DNA of 64,000 nucleotides from an uncultured Gemmatimonadales bacterium (GTDB lineage Bacteria; Gemmatimonadota; Gemmatimonadetes; Palauibacterales; Palauibacteraceae), in assembly GCA_963783385.1 (NCBI GenBank), contig CAWANJ010000009.1, forward strand, positions 864,001-928,000. Direction: 5' to 3'. A program made the position numbers and the translations under genes. Below the pieces are notes generated by a model that was not told the DNA's origin, did not search any database, and worked only from the letters and a program-made list of their open reading frames with translations. Below are positions 16,813-26,946 of this stretch, piece by piece. The stretch's first letter is position 1. Every line of letters starts with the position of its first letter.

Positions 16813-17637
16813 CTACCGCCCCGGAGAGTCTCCGATCCGCGACCAGCGCACGGACGTGACGACCGGGAGGGGCCGGGGCGAGGAGGTGTCGTAGGACCAG
16901 TACAGGAAGGCCAGCTTCCCCTCGAACCGCGAGCGATCCAGGAAGCCCCAGAAGCGCGAGTCGAGGCTGTGCTCGCGGTTGTCCCCCATGACGAAGTACT
17001 GGTGCGGCGGCACCACGATCGGTCCCCAGTTCTCCAGCGTGGGGCGGTAGGTCTTCCGGTCCACGCCGGGAGCCAGGAACCGATACTGCCACACCATCCA
17101 CGGGTGGGTCTGGTCGGCCACCGTCGAGTCGCGCACCACGTACGGCTCGACCTGCGGCTTGCCGTCTCGGATGAGGGTGCCGTCGCGCATGGCCAGCGTG
17201 TCGCCCGGCACCCCGATGACGCGCTTGACCACGTCCACGTCCGGCTCCCAGGCGGGCCGGAAGATGGCGATCTCGCCCCGCCGCGGGTCCTGGTAGCCCG
17301 GCAGCCGGGCGTGCGTCCCGGGAATGGGCGCCCCGTAGGCGACCTTGTTCACCATGAGGACGTCGCCCACCAGGAGCGTGTTCTCCATGGAGCCCGAGGA
17401 GATGTAGAAGCTCTGCAGGAGGAAGGTCCGGACGACCAGGAACAGCACGATCGCGAACAGGATCGTCTTCGTCCACTCCCACAGGGCGCTGGTGCGCGCG
17501 GGCGGAGCGCCGGCCGCCGGGCCACCCTTCGGCGACCTGTCGCCGGCCCCGGGCGAGGCCGCGCCTCCCCGGGACGATCCCTTCCGGCCGGATCCGCCCT
17601 CCGGTCCGCTCGACTTCGACTTTCGCTTCCTGGCCAT
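16813..17637 (-). CDS. lepB: Signal peptidase I
   Basis: SGSMENTL (Ser), VKRVIGVPGD (Lys), MGDNREHSLDSRFWG. Confidence 0.95.
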   Translation of the reverse strand: MARKRKSKSSGPEGGSGRKGSSRGGAASPGAGDRSPKGGPAAGAPPARTSALWEWTKTILFAIVLFLVVRTFLLQSFYISSGSMENTLLVGDVLMVNKVAYGAPIPGTHARLPGYQDPRRGEIAIFRPAWEPDVDVVKRVIGVPGDTLAMRDGTLIRDGKPQVEPYVVRDSTVADQTHPWMVWQYRFLAPGVDRKTYRPTLENWGPIVVPPHQYFVMGDNREHSLDSRFWGFLDRSRFEGKLAFLYWSYDTSSPRPLPVVTSVRWSRIGDSPGR

Positions 17638-17839
17638 CGGCCCCCGTCGGAATGGATGGTCGGACGCCTCCGAGGATAGGGGTACGGCGCCCGCGGGGCC
17701 ACACCGGCATCCCGGCCTCCCGGGGTTTCGCGGCCGCCTCGGGCGCCGCTAGCTTTCGGCGGCCGTCACGGCGGCCTCGGTGAGAGCCCCCGGCGTCCAC
17801 CGACGCGCTTCCCTGGGAACCCGTACCCGGAGTGAGCCC

Positions 17840-19987
17840 ATGCACGGCCCCGCCTCCGAAAGCGTCTCCCGCTCGACCTTCGCGGCCCCCCTCGCCGTCC
17901 TGGTCGTCTCCGCGTGCCTCGCCGGCGCCTCGACGGTCGCGCGCGCCCAGGACGCGAGCGCCGCGCCGAACAGCGAGCGTCTCACCCTCGACAAGTACAT
18001 GGACATGGAGGGCGTGCGGGACCCGAGGCTGTCCCCCTCCGGCCGCGAGATCGCGTACGTGCGGAGCTGGATCGACCCGATGGCCGACAGCCACAAGTCG
18101 GCCGTGTGGATCATGAACGCCGACGGCTCCCGGAATCGCTACCTCGTGGAGGGCGGCTCGCCCCGCTGGTCGCCCTCGGGCGACCGGCTGGCCTTCCTGG
18201 CTTGCGGCACCGCCGGTGGGGACCGCAGCGCCCTCGAAGACTGCGAGGAGGGCTCCCACCGCCAGATCTACGTGCGCATCATGGCGGGAATGGGCGCAGG
18301 CTCGGTGACGCAGGTGACCCGGCTCACCCACAGCGCCTCGGACGTCGCCTGGTCGCCGGACGGCGCGACGCTCGCCTTCCGCTCCTTCGTGCCCTCGCGC
18401 GACAAGTGGACGATCGACCTGCCACACCGTCCCGAGGGCGCGAAGTGGACGCCCGACCCGCGGGTGGTGGACCGCCTGGACTACCGCGCCGACCGCCGCG
18501 GCTTCCTCCCGAAGGGCTTCCGGCACCTGTTCACGGTCCCGTCCACGGGTGGCACGCCCCGGCAGGTCACCGACGGCGAATGGGATGACGGGGCGCCCGC
18601 CTGGAGCCCCGACGGGAAGACCCTCTACTTCGACGGGCTCCGGCTTCCCGACGCGGACTACCATCTGCGGGAGTCCGAGATCTACGCGGTCGACGCGGCC
18701 TCGAAGCGGGTCCGGCAGCTCACCCACCGGCACGGACCCGACCACTCCCCGGTGGTGTCCCCGGACGGCCGTCACATCGCCTACGTGGGGATCGACTCCT
18801 CCCACTGGACCTACTCGGTGCAGAAGCTCTACGTCATGGGAGCCGACGGGTCCGCGGCCCACGCGGTCGAGGGCGACCTGGACCGGAGCCCCTCCGACGT
18901 CACCTGGGCGCCCGGCTCGGACGGCGTGTACTTCACGGTCGCCGACCACGGCGTGCACGACGTGGTCTTCGCCGACCTCCAGGGCCGCGTGCGGCGCGTG
19001 ACCCACGGCGAGCACGTCCTGTCGCTGTCCGACATCGGGAAGGACGGCACGGCCGTCGGGGTGATGTCGACGCCCCACCGGCCGGGCGACATCGTCTCCT
19101 TCGCCCTCGACCACCCCGATCCGCGGTGGCTCACGGCGGTGAACCAGGACGTGCTGGGCGACGTCGAGCTCGGGGAGGTGGAGGAGATCGAGTTCAGGTC
19201 GAAGGACGGCCTCCCGATCCAGGGATGGATCGTCAAGCCACCCGATTTCGACCCGGGGAAGAAGTACCCGCTCATCCTCCACATCCACGGCGGGCCGTGG
19301 GCCATGTACGGTGTGGGGTTCAACTTCTCCTTCCAGGACTTCGCGGCCAACGACTACGTGGTCCTGTACGTCAACCCGCGCGGCTCCACCGGTTACGGCT
19401 CGGACTTCGTGCATGGCATCGAGCACGCCTACCCGGGCCAGGACTTCGACGACCTCGTGGCGGGCGTCGACGCGGTGCTGAAGCGCGGCTACGTGAACCC
19501 GAAGGACCTGTACGTGACCGGCTGCAGCGGCGGAGGGGCGCTTTCGGCCTGGACGGTGGGCCACACGGACCGGTTCGCGGCCGCCGTCGTCCGCTGCCCT
19601 GTGATCGACTGGCTCTCCTTCGTGGGGACGACGGACGGGCCCTACTGGTACCACAACTTCGCCCATTTTCCCTGGGAGGACCCGTCCGAGCACCTGCGGC
19701 GCTCGCCCCTCACGTACGTGGGGAACGTGACCACGCCCACGCTGCTCATGACCGGCGTGCTGGACATGCGCACGCCGATCTCGCAGACGGAGGAGTTCTA
19801 CGACGCGCTCAAGATCCGGAAGGTGCCCACCAAGATGATCCGCATGAACAAGGAGTACCACGGCACCGGGTCGCAGCCGTCCAACTTCCTGCGCACGCAG
19901 CTCTACATCATGAAGTGGTTCGGAGAGTACATGACCGACGACGTCGCCGCGGGCCGCAAGGACGGCCACCTGGCCGGGGGAGCGTAG
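17840..19987 (+). CDS. S9 family peptidase (DAP/acylaminoacyl peptidase), exported
   Basis: Signal peptide, WSPDG propeller repeats, IHGGP, NPRGSTGYG, GCSGG nucleophile elbow, D and H triad residues. Confidence 0.92.
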   Translation: MHGPASESVSRSTFAAPLAVLVVSACLAGASTVARAQDASAAPNSERLTLDKYMDMEGVRDPRLSPSGREIAYVRSWIDPMADSHKSAVWIMNADGSRNRYLVEGGSPRWSPSGDRLAFLACGTAGGDRSALEDCEEGSHRQIYVRIMAGMGAGSVTQVTRLTHSASDVAWSPDGATLAFRSFVPSRDKWTIDLPHRPEGAKWTPDPRVVDRLDYRADRRGFLPKGFRHLFTVPSTGGTPRQVTDGEWDDGAPAWSPDGKTLYFDGLRLPDADYHLRESEIYAVDAASKRVRQLTHRHGPDHSPVVSPDGRHIAYVGIDSSHWTYSVQKLYVMGADGSAAHAVEGDLDRSPSDVTWAPGSDGVYFTVADHGVHDVVFADLQGRVRRVTHGEHVLSLSDIGKDGTAVGVMSTPHRPGDIVSFALDHPDPRWLTAVNQDVLGDVELGEVEEIEFRSKDGLPIQGWIVKPPDFDPGKKYPLILHIHGGPWAMYGVGFNFSFQDFAANDYVVLYVNPRGSTGYGSDFVHGIEHAYPGQDFDDLVAGVDAVLKRGYVNPKDLYVTGCSGGGALSAWTVGHTDRFAAAVVRCPVIDWLSFVGTTDGPYWYHNFAHFPWEDPSEHLRRSPLTYVGNVTTPTLLMTGVLDMRTPISQTEEFYDALKIRKVPTKMIRMNKEYHGTGSQPSNFLRTQLYIMKWFGEYMTDDVAAGRKDGHLAGGA

Positions 19988-20023
19988 GCCCCGCCGCGCG
20001 GAACCCCGGGGGGCGCGGCGGCC

Positions 20024-20515
20024 TCAGCCGAACAGCGCCGCGCCCCCCACCACCAGGACCACCACCCCGACCGAGATCTTGAGCGCCGCCGAAGCGGCCC
20101 GCCCGAGGACGGCCCCCCAGCCCACCCGGGCCGCGGTCGGCGCATGCCGCGTCTCCCACAGGGCCGCGGCCGCCGCTCCGACGAACGTGCCGAGCACGCC
20201 CGCCACCAGGGTGCCCACCACCGGGATCGGCGAGCCGACCGCCGCCCCCACGAATCCGCCCAGGATCGCGCCCCAGAACGCCCACCCCGAGCCCCCGTAG
20301 CGCGCCGAGATCCGCTTCACCAGGGCCCACTCGGCCGCCTCCGCCGCCGCCACCAGGCCGACCAGGAGGGCGAGCGTGACCCACCCGACCCGACCCGCCA
20401 CCGTGCCGGCGATCGGCACCAGGAGCATGAGCCACGTGCCCGGGAGTCCCAGCGGGACGAGGAGGAGGCACAGGGCCATGAAGGCGACGCCGAGCACCAG
20501 CAGGATGGTGGTCAT
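20024..20515 (-). CDS. DUF456 family membrane protein
   Basis: LGLPGTW, YGGSGWAFWGAILGGFVGA, Gly-rich TM helices. Confidence 0.8.
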   Translation of the reverse strand: MTTILLVLGVAFMALCLLLVPLGLPGTWLMLLVPIAGTVAGRVGWVTLALLVGLVAAAEAAEWALVKRISARYGGSGWAFWGAILGGFVGAAVGSPIPVVGTLVAGVLGTFVGAAAAALWETRHAPTAARVGWGAVLGRAASAALKISVGVVVLVVGGAALFG

Positions 20516-20640
20516 GGAACGGTGCGCGGGCGCACTCCGTTGAAGGGAGGAGCGGGCTCCGGTCCGGCTTGCGGCCGCCGGGAGCACGCTCCTATGGTGG
20601 CGGAGGCCGGACGGTCGCGCCAGTCCAGGGAGGTATCGCC

Positions 20641-21411
20641 GTGCACGAGCGCCTCGCATCCCGCACGGGCCTCGTCGGCTTCACGGGGCTCATCGCCGCC
20701 GCCCTCGTCGCCGCGTCCGGCGCCCTCCGCCCGGCCGCGGCCCAGGAGCCGGGCACCCTGGTGGGTCGCGTCGTCACCTCCCCCGACCGCGCGCCCGTCG
20801 CGGGGGCCCGTGTGGCCATCGTCGGCGCGCGGGACACGGCCGTCACCGACGAGGACGGCCTGTTTCGATTCCGGGGCCTCTCCGCCGCGCCCCTCGTACT
20901 CCGCATCGAGTACCTGGGCATGCGGTCCCGAGACGTCCCCGTGGATCTCGATCCCCGGGGTCCGTCGTCCCTGGAGGTCGCCGTGCGGATGTCGGTGATC
21001 CCCGTGGCCGAGCTCTTCGTCGCGGTGGACCAGAGCCTGCCGGTGAGCAAGCTGTACGACTTCTACCGGCGCATGGCCCACGGGCACGGCTACTTCTTCA
21101 CGCGCGCGGACGTCCTGCGCAGGCACCCGGCCCGCGTCACGGACCTGCTGCAGCGGGTCCCGGGCATCGACGTGGGCCCGCACCGGCTGGGGCGCATCTC
21201 GGTGACCATGGGGCGCCGGAAGGGCTGCGTGCCCGAGTACTACGTGGATGGGGCCCGGGCGCCCTACTTCGATCTGGACGACCTCCAGCCCGCCGACCTG
21301 GCCGGCCTCGAGGTCTACCGGGGGAACTCAGAGGTCCCACTCGAGTTCAAAGCGTTCGAACAATGCGGAGCGATTATCGTCTGGACGCGGGATCCGGGGG
21401 CCGGACGCTGA
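20641..21411 (+). CDS. CarboxypepD_reg-like + TonB plug-like domain protein without barrel (paralogue 1)
   Basis: GGAGG RBS, signal peptide, GRV..TDEDGLFRF, DLLQRVPGI, C.PEYYVDG...LEVYRG.SEVP...CGAIIVWTR. Confidence 0.85.
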   Translation: MHERLASRTGLVGFTGLIAAALVAASGALRPAAAQEPGTLVGRVVTSPDRAPVAGARVAIVGARDTAVTDEDGLFRFRGLSAAPLVLRIEYLGMRSRDVPVDLDPRGPSSLEVAVRMSVIPVAELFVAVDQSLPVSKLYDFYRRMAHGHGYFFTRADVLRRHPARVTDLLQRVPGIDVGPHRLGRISVTMGRRKGCVPEYYVDGARAPYFDLDDLQPADLAGLEVYRGNSEVPLEFKAFEQCGAIIVWTRDPGAGR

Positions 21412-21424
21412 CCCACGGAGCCCC

Positions 21425-22297
21425 ATGCGCCGGGCGCCCGTGACCGCGCCCCGAACGCACCGGGAGGACGACGAGACCGTGCCCCGAACGACCCATGCGC
21501 GACCCTGCCGCCGGAGCCCCACGGCTACCACCCTCCCGGCGATCCTCCTCCTGCTCCTGGCCTCGGCTCTCCCGCTGGGCGCCCAGGACCGGCAGGAGAA
21601 GAGCGAGCTTCCCGTCGACACGACCGCCACCCTGACGGGCACGGTCGTCTCGGCCATGACGGGCGGTCGCCTGGCCAACGCGCGGGTCGTCTTGATCGAG
21701 TCCGGCTTCGGTGCCTTCACGGACAGCACCGGGGCGTTCCGCATTCCCAGGGTCCCGTCCGGGCTGGACACGGTGGAGGTCTCGCTGCTGGGGTACGCCA
21801 GCGCCAAGGCCCCGCTCCTCCTGCAGAAGGGGGCCACCACCACGGCCACCTTCTCGCTGAGCCAGACCGTGCTCAGGGTCGAAGAGCTCCACGTCGAGGT
21901 GAAGCGGGCCGCCGGCATGGGCAAGCTGGCGCAGTTCGACGAGCACCGCCTCCACGGTCTGGGGTTCTACATCACCCCGCAGATGATCGAGAAGCGCCAC
22001 GCTCAGCACCCCAGCGACCTGCTGCGCATGGTCCCCGGTCTCGAGGTCGGTCCCTACAACCTGGGCCACGCCAACGTCCGGGTGGTCCGGGCCACGCTCA
22101 ACTGCAATCCGCCGATCTACGTGGATGGCATCCTGAGCCCCAGCCTGTCGATCGACGACCTGAACCGTGACGACATCATGGCCATCGAGGTCTACCGCGG
22201 GCCGTCCGAGACGCCGGCGGAGTACGAACAGGGGCGGAACAACTGCGGGGCCGTGGTCGTGTGGACGCAGGCAGGGGGCACGCAGGATGGGCACTGA
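21425..22297 (+). CDS. CarboxypepD_reg-like + plug-like domain protein (paralogue 2)
   Basis: Same architecture; CNPPIYVDG...IEVYRGPSETP...CGAVVVWT; alternative GTG start at 21479. Confidence 0.85.
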   Translation: MRRAPVTAPRTHREDDETVPRTTHARPCRRSPTATTLPAILLLLLASALPLGAQDRQEKSELPVDTTATLTGTVVSAMTGGRLANARVVLIESGFGAFTDSTGAFRIPRVPSGLDTVEVSLLGYASAKAPLLLQKGATTTATFSLSQTVLRVEELHVEVKRAAGMGKLAQFDEHRLHGLGFYITPQMIEKRHAQHPSDLLRMVPGLEVGPYNLGHANVRVVRATLNCNPPIYVDGILSPSLSIDDLNRDDIMAIEVYRGPSETPAEYEQGRNNCGAVVVWTQAGGTQDGH

Positions 22298-23150
22298 GGT
22301 GGCCGGACGGGACGGGCGCGCGGGGCGGGTCGCCGGGCTCGCGTTCCTTGCCTGCACGCTGCTCCTGCCGGCCGGCGCCACGGCCCAGCAGTCGGGCGCC
22401 GATACCGCCACCACGGCGGGCCCGGACACGGCCGGAACGGCCATCCCGGCCGGGGAGCGCACGTCGACCCTGGAGGGCCAGGTCGTCTCGGCCATGACGG
22501 GAGGCCCCCTGCCCAACGCGCTCGTGTCGCTCGGGGGAACCAGGCTCGGCGCCTACTCGGACAGCACCGGGCACTTCGTCATCCAGGACGCTCCGGCCGG
22601 TCTCCTGCCCGTGAAGGTCCGCCTGATCGGCTTCGCCAACCAGCAGGTCCAGGTGCGGCTCCAGCCGAGCGCCATCACGCACGTCACCCTGCTCCTCAGC
22701 CAGACCGTGCTGCGGGTGGAGGCGCTCCACGTGGAGGTCAAGGCGGCCCCCACCGAGACCAAGGAGCTCAAGGGGTTCTACGCGCGCATGCACCGCACGG
22801 CCGGCTTCTTCATCACGCCGCAGATGGTCAAGAAGCTGGCCCCAGAGCACCCGAGCGACCTGCTGCGGGTCGTGCCGGGCGTGCAGGTCGGGCCGTGGCA
22901 GCTGGGCGAGGGCGCGCCGGTCTACTTCACCCGCAGCCGCATGGACTGCAACGCCTATCTGATCGTGGACGGCCTGCGCGAGCGTGGCATGACCATCGAC
23001 GACCTCAACGAGGCCGACATCCTGGCCATCGAGGTCTACCACGGTCCCTCCGAGACGCCCCCCGCCTTCCGGTTCCAGGAGGGCTCGTGCGGCACGATCG
23101 TCGTATGGACCAGGAGCGGGGGCGCCCCGGCCGACACGACGGGAGATTGA
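22287..23150 (+). CDS. CarboxypepD_reg-like + plug-like domain protein (paralogue 3)
   Basis: Same architecture; CNAYLIVDG...IEVYHGPSETP...CGTIVVWTR; overlaps the previous stop. Confidence 0.85.
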   Translation: MGTEVAGRDGRAGRVAGLAFLACTLLLPAGATAQQSGADTATTAGPDTAGTAIPAGERTSTLEGQVVSAMTGGPLPNALVSLGGTRLGAYSDSTGHFVIQDAPAGLLPVKVRLIGFANQQVQVRLQPSAITHVTLLLSQTVLRVEALHVEVKAAPTETKELKGFYARMHRTAGFFITPQMVKKLAPEHPSDLLRVVPGVQVGPWQLGEGAPVYFTRSRMDCNAYLIVDGLRERGMTIDDLNEADILAIEVYHGPSETPPAFRFQEGSCGTIVVWTRSGGAPADTTGD

Positions 23151-23184
23151 GCGTCGGCCCGGCGCCGGCGCGCGCGGCGGCCGC

Positions 23185-23601
23185 CTAGGGCTCGATCTCG
23201 ATCTCGACCTGCGCGGTCTCGCGGAGCTCGGGGTCCAGCGAGTGGTAGACGCTGCAGTACCTGTCCAGCGACAGCGCCACGGCCCGTTCCACCTTCGCCC
23301 GGTCCACGTCGCCCCGCACCCTGAAGCGCAGGCGCAGCCGGGTGTAGCGCCGCGGCGGCTCCTCCCTCCGCTCGCCCCCCATCTCCACCGTGAGCCCCTC
23401 CAGCGGCTGGCGGCCCTTGCGCAGGATGTCGACCACGTCGATGGCCGAGCAGGCACCGATGGCCTCGAGGAGCAGCTGCGTGGGCGAGGCTCCCGCCTGG
23501 CCGTCCCCGTCGATCGACGTCACCTTGCCGCCCCGCGTGACTCCCTCCAGCCGGAAGTCGTCCTGCCACGTCAGGCTCACGATCGCGTCCCGTCGGTCCA
23601 T
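23185..23601 (-). CDS. OsmC/YhfA family protein
   Basis: SPTQLLLEAIGACSAIDV...LSLDRYCSV with two Cys. Confidence 0.9.
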   Translation of the reverse strand: MDRRDAIVSLTWQDDFRLEGVTRGGKVTSIDGDGQAGASPTQLLLEAIGACSAIDVVDILRKGRQPLEGLTVEMGGERREEPPRRYTRLRLRFRVRGDVDRAKVERAVALSLDRYCSVYHSLDPELRETAQVEIEIEP

Positions 23602-23778
23602 GCCGGCCTCTCTCCCGCTCGCCTCGATCGCCTCTCGCCCCGCCCACGTTGCGGAGCCTCCGCGAGGCAGGAATGTTGAGAGGGACGGACCCGGCCGCCA
23701 CCGGGGCCCCTGCACGGGACCCGCCCCTGAAACCCGCCCTCGGATGGACTCGTAGGTTGGGGTGGAGGTGATGCTGAC

Positions 23779-24054
23779 ATGATCGACATGCTGATGATGG
23801 GCATAGCCGGCGCGGGCGTGGTGACGAGCTACCTCACCGTGCGCCGGTTCGTGCGGGACCGACTTCGCTACGTGGATGCGGTGCGCAAGCCGTCGGCGCC
23901 CTTCGTGGCCGGCGCGGTGGCCACCCTGGCGGCGGCGCCCGTGGCGTGGCTCCTCCCCGTGATCGGAGGCGGCTCGGCGCTGCTGTTCGGCGTGGCCGTA
24001 GGCGCCGGAGTCGTTTCGGGCCGCCGCGACATGAAGCGGCTGCCGCCCGGCTGA
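23779..24054 (+). CDS. Small membrane protein
   Basis: GGAGG RBS; RRFVRDRLRYVDAV followed by two or three TM helices. Confidence 0.75.
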   Translation: MIDMLMMGIAGAGVVTSYLTVRRFVRDRLRYVDAVRKPSAPFVAGAVATLAAAPVAWLLPVIGGGSALLFGVAVGAGVVSGRRDMKRLPPG

Positions 24055-24145
24055 CCCTCCGCCGGCGGCCCTTGCCGCCGCGAGGTGAGCCCCCGACCTT
24101 GCGCCGCTCTCGGGCGGTCCGGGTTCCGCGGCGCGGAGGACGAGG

Positions 24146-25105
24146 TTGGGGGGAGATGGACTCCAGGAGCGGGCGGAGGGCTGGCGCGTGCGTGCGGCCC
24201 TCGCCGTCGTGTACCTGGTGTGGGGCTCCACCTTCCTGGCCATCCGCTACGCCGTCCGCACCCTCCCTCCCCTGCTCATGGCCGGCGCGCGCTACTCCAT
24301 CGCCGGCGGCATCCTGTACGGATTCCTCCGCCTGAAGGGCGCCCGTCCGCCGTCGCGGTCGCAGTGGCTCAGCGCCCTGGTGGTGGGAGCCCTCATGATC
24401 GGGCTCGGGAACGGTCTCCTCACCTGGTCGGAGCTCGTGGTCCCCTCTGGCACGGCCGCCCTCCTGGTCGCTGCCATGCCGTTGTGGATGGTGCTGCTGG
24501 ACTGGCTCGTCTTCGGCGGGCGGAGGCCGCGCCTTCCGGTCGGCCTGGGCCTGGTGGCGGGATTCGCCGGAGTGGCCCTTCTCCTCGGTCCCTCGCGCGG
24601 CTCGGGCGGGGGGCACGCCGCCCTGCTCAGCGGCTTCGCGATCCTGGTCGGCACCCTCGGGTGGGCCTACGGGTCCCTGTGGTCGCGGGGCGCCGCCATG
24701 GCCGACCCGCCGCTCCTCGGAACGGCGTCGCACATGCTCGCCGGCGGCCTCCTCCTCGTGGCCGCGGGCCTCGCCCTGGGAGAGGGCGGTGACCTGTCCG
24801 TGCGCGCCGCCTCGACGCGGTCGCTTCTCAGCTTCGCCTATCTCATCGTGCTCGGGTCGCTGGTCACCTACACGACCTACATGTGGCTGCTACGCCACGC
24901 GCAGGCGTCGCTGGTCAGCACCTACGCCTACGTGAATCCCGTGGTGGCCGTGTTCCTGGGATGGCTGCTGGCCGGCGAGGCCGTCACGGCCCGCACCCTG
25001 GTGGCGGCGACCGTCATCGTCGGGGCCGTGGCCCTCATCGTCACCTTTCGGAGGGCCGGCCCCCGGCCGCCGGCGCGTTCGCTGACGAGGGCGGCCGGTA
25101 CGTAG
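24146..25105 (+). CDS. EamA/DMT transporter (YedA-like)
   Basis: VYLVWGSTFLAIR, STYAYVNPVVAV, 10 TM; start codon uncertain. Confidence 0.9.
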   Translation: MGGDGLQERAEGWRVRAALAVVYLVWGSTFLAIRYAVRTLPPLLMAGARYSIAGGILYGFLRLKGARPPSRSQWLSALVVGALMIGLGNGLLTWSELVVPSGTAALLVAAMPLWMVLLDWLVFGGRRPRLPVGLGLVAGFAGVALLLGPSRGSGGGHAALLSGFAILVGTLGWAYGSLWSRGAAMADPPLLGTASHMLAGGLLLVAAGLALGEGGDLSVRAASTRSLLSFAYLIVLGSLVTYTTYMWLLRHAQASLVSTYAYVNPVVAVFLGWLLAGEAVTARTLVAATVIVGAVALIVTFRRAGPRPPARSLTRAAGT

Positions 25106-25140
25106 ACGGCACCGGGCCGGGATCGGCTCGCCGGCTTCCG

Positions 25141-26625
25141 TCAGGCCCCGGGGAGTCCGCCGAACACGACGGGCAGGAGGAGCCAGGTCGCCAGCACCAG
25201 GAGCCCCAGGAAGAGGGCGTTGAGGAGGATCCCGGCCCGGGCCATCTGCGGCACCGTGAGGGCACCGCTACCGTAGACGATGGCGTTGGGCGGCGTGGCC
25301 ACCGGCAGCATGAAGGCGCAGCTCGCCGCCACCGCGGCCGGGACGACCAGCGACATCGGCGCCAGCCCGACCCCGACGGCGACCGAGGCGAGCACCGGCA
25401 GGAAGGCCGCGGCCGTGGCCGTGTTGCTGGTGAGCTCGGTGAGCAGGATCACGATCGCCGCCGTCACGGCCACCAGGGCGAGAGGCGGCACCCCCGCCAG
25501 GGAGCGCGCCACGCCCCCGATCGCCTCGGTGAGGCCGGATGACTGGAACGCCGACGCCAGGCTGAGCCCGCCCCCGAACAGGAGCAGCACGCCCCACGGC
25601 AACCCGCGGGCATCCTCCCAGTCCAGGAGCGCCTCCCCCGACCCGCCCCCGGCCGGGAGGAGGAAGAGCAGCACGCCCCCGCCCACGCCGATGCCCGCGT
25701 CGGAGAGCCCCGCCACCAGCCGGCCGAGCAGCGGGCGCGTCACCCACAGGAGGGCGACGACCACGAACACGACGGCCACCCGCCGCTCGGGCCCGCGCAG
25801 CGGTCCGAGCGCGCTCCGCTGCCGCCGCAGGAGCTCCCGCCCACCCTCGATGGACTCGCTCCCCAGCCTCGTCACCAGGCGGGTGAGGACGAGGTAGGCG
25901 AGCGGCAGGCCGACCAGGACGAGCGGCACGCCGAACGCCATCCAGCGGGCGAAGCCGATGCGGACGCCGTACTCCTCGGACATGAAGGCGGCCAGGAAGG
26001 CGTTGGGAGGGGTGCCGATGAGGGTGCCCAGCCCGCCTATGCTGGCCGAGTAGGCGATCCCGAGCATGAGCGCCACGGCGAGGTCGCTCCGGCCCGATTC
26101 GTCCGGCTCGAGCAGCTCCAGGACCGACAGGCCGATCGGGAGCATGATCATGGCGGTCGCGGTGTTGCTCACCCACATGCTGAGGAGCGCGGTGGCCAGC
26201 ATGAAGCCGCCCACCACCCCGCGCGGCGATGTCCCGGAGAAGCCCACCACCCGGAGCGCGATGCGTCGCGGGAGCCCCCACCTCTCCATCCCGCGCGCCA
26301 GCAGAAAGCCGCCCAGGAACAGGAACACGAGGTCGTTCGCGTAGGGAGCGGCCGCCGCGCCGATCTCGGCGATGCCGAGGGGCGGGAACAGCACGATCGG
26401 AAGGAGCGAGGTGACCGGAATCGGCAGGGCCTCCGTCACCCACCATGTGGCCATGAGCATGGCGCAGGCGGCCGTCCGCCACGCCGCCACCGTCATCCCG
26501 CCGGGCGGCTGGATCACGAGGCCGACCGCCAGGAACGCGAGGCCGAGGCCGAGGCCCACCCGACGCCTGACCGGCCCGGCCCGCCCGAAGCCGCCCCCCC
26601 GCGTGCCACCCGGCGCCATCCCCAT
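25141..26625 (-). CDS. SLC13/DASS sodium:dicarboxylate/sulfate symporter
   Basis: SMWVSNTATA, TLIGTPPN, TELTSNTA, AFMLPVATPPNAI. Confidence 0.93.
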   Translation of the reverse strand: MGMAPGGTRGGGFGRAGPVRRRVGLGLGLAFLAVGLVIQPPGGMTVAAWRTAACAMLMATWWVTEALPIPVTSLLPIVLFPPLGIAEIGAAAAPYANDLVFLFLGGFLLARGMERWGLPRRIALRVVGFSGTSPRGVVGGFMLATALLSMWVSNTATAMIMLPIGLSVLELLEPDESGRSDLAVALMLGIAYSASIGGLGTLIGTPPNAFLAAFMSEEYGVRIGFARWMAFGVPLVLVGLPLAYLVLTRLVTRLGSESIEGGRELLRRQRSALGPLRGPERRVAVVFVVVALLWVTRPLLGRLVAGLSDAGIGVGGGVLLFLLPAGGGSGEALLDWEDARGLPWGVLLLFGGGLSLASAFQSSGLTEAIGGVARSLAGVPPLALVAVTAAIVILLTELTSNTATAAAFLPVLASVAVGVGLAPMSLVVPAAVAASCAFMLPVATPPNAIVYGSGALTVPQMARAGILLNALFLGLLVLATWLLLPVVFGGLPGA

Positions 26626-26810
26626 GCAGCCTCCCGCGTGCTGGCGTCACGCCCGGACGGGATCCGCGTCCCGCCCCGCGCCCGCCAACCTACGGCCGCC
26701 TCCGCCGGCTGTCTCCCCACCCGCGTGCAGCCTCGAGGCGGGGCCGATAACATGAACGTCGGTTCCACGTCCCGACACCAGACGGATTTCGGCACCCGAT
26801 GGAGGCGAGC

Positions 26811-26942
26811 ATGCGCGAGCCGATCTACCTGACCCTCCTCCTGAGCGCCGCCGTGGCGGACACCACGGTGACGTACGGAACCGTGGACGGCCGGACGCGC
26901 ACGCTGGCCTTCCTGGACGAGCACCTGAACAGCGGGGCCTGA
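26811..26942 (+). pseudogene. 43-aa ORF, probable internally deleted dienelactone-hydrolase-like gene
   Basis: GGAGG RBS; MREPIYLTLLLSAAVADTTVTYGTVDG joined to RTRTLAFLDEHL*, which resembles the DLH C-terminal helix; ends 4 nt before the GNAT start. Confidence 0.4.
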
Positions 26943-26946
26943 CCGC

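Noticed and set aside
16703-19969. Very long antisense or alternative-frame ORFs (e.g. 16703-19969 -, 44581-47967 -, 55803-58607 -, 34913-37819 +)
   Set aside because: Shadow ORFs of real GC3-rich genes; Arg/Gly/Pro-rich with no family motifs.
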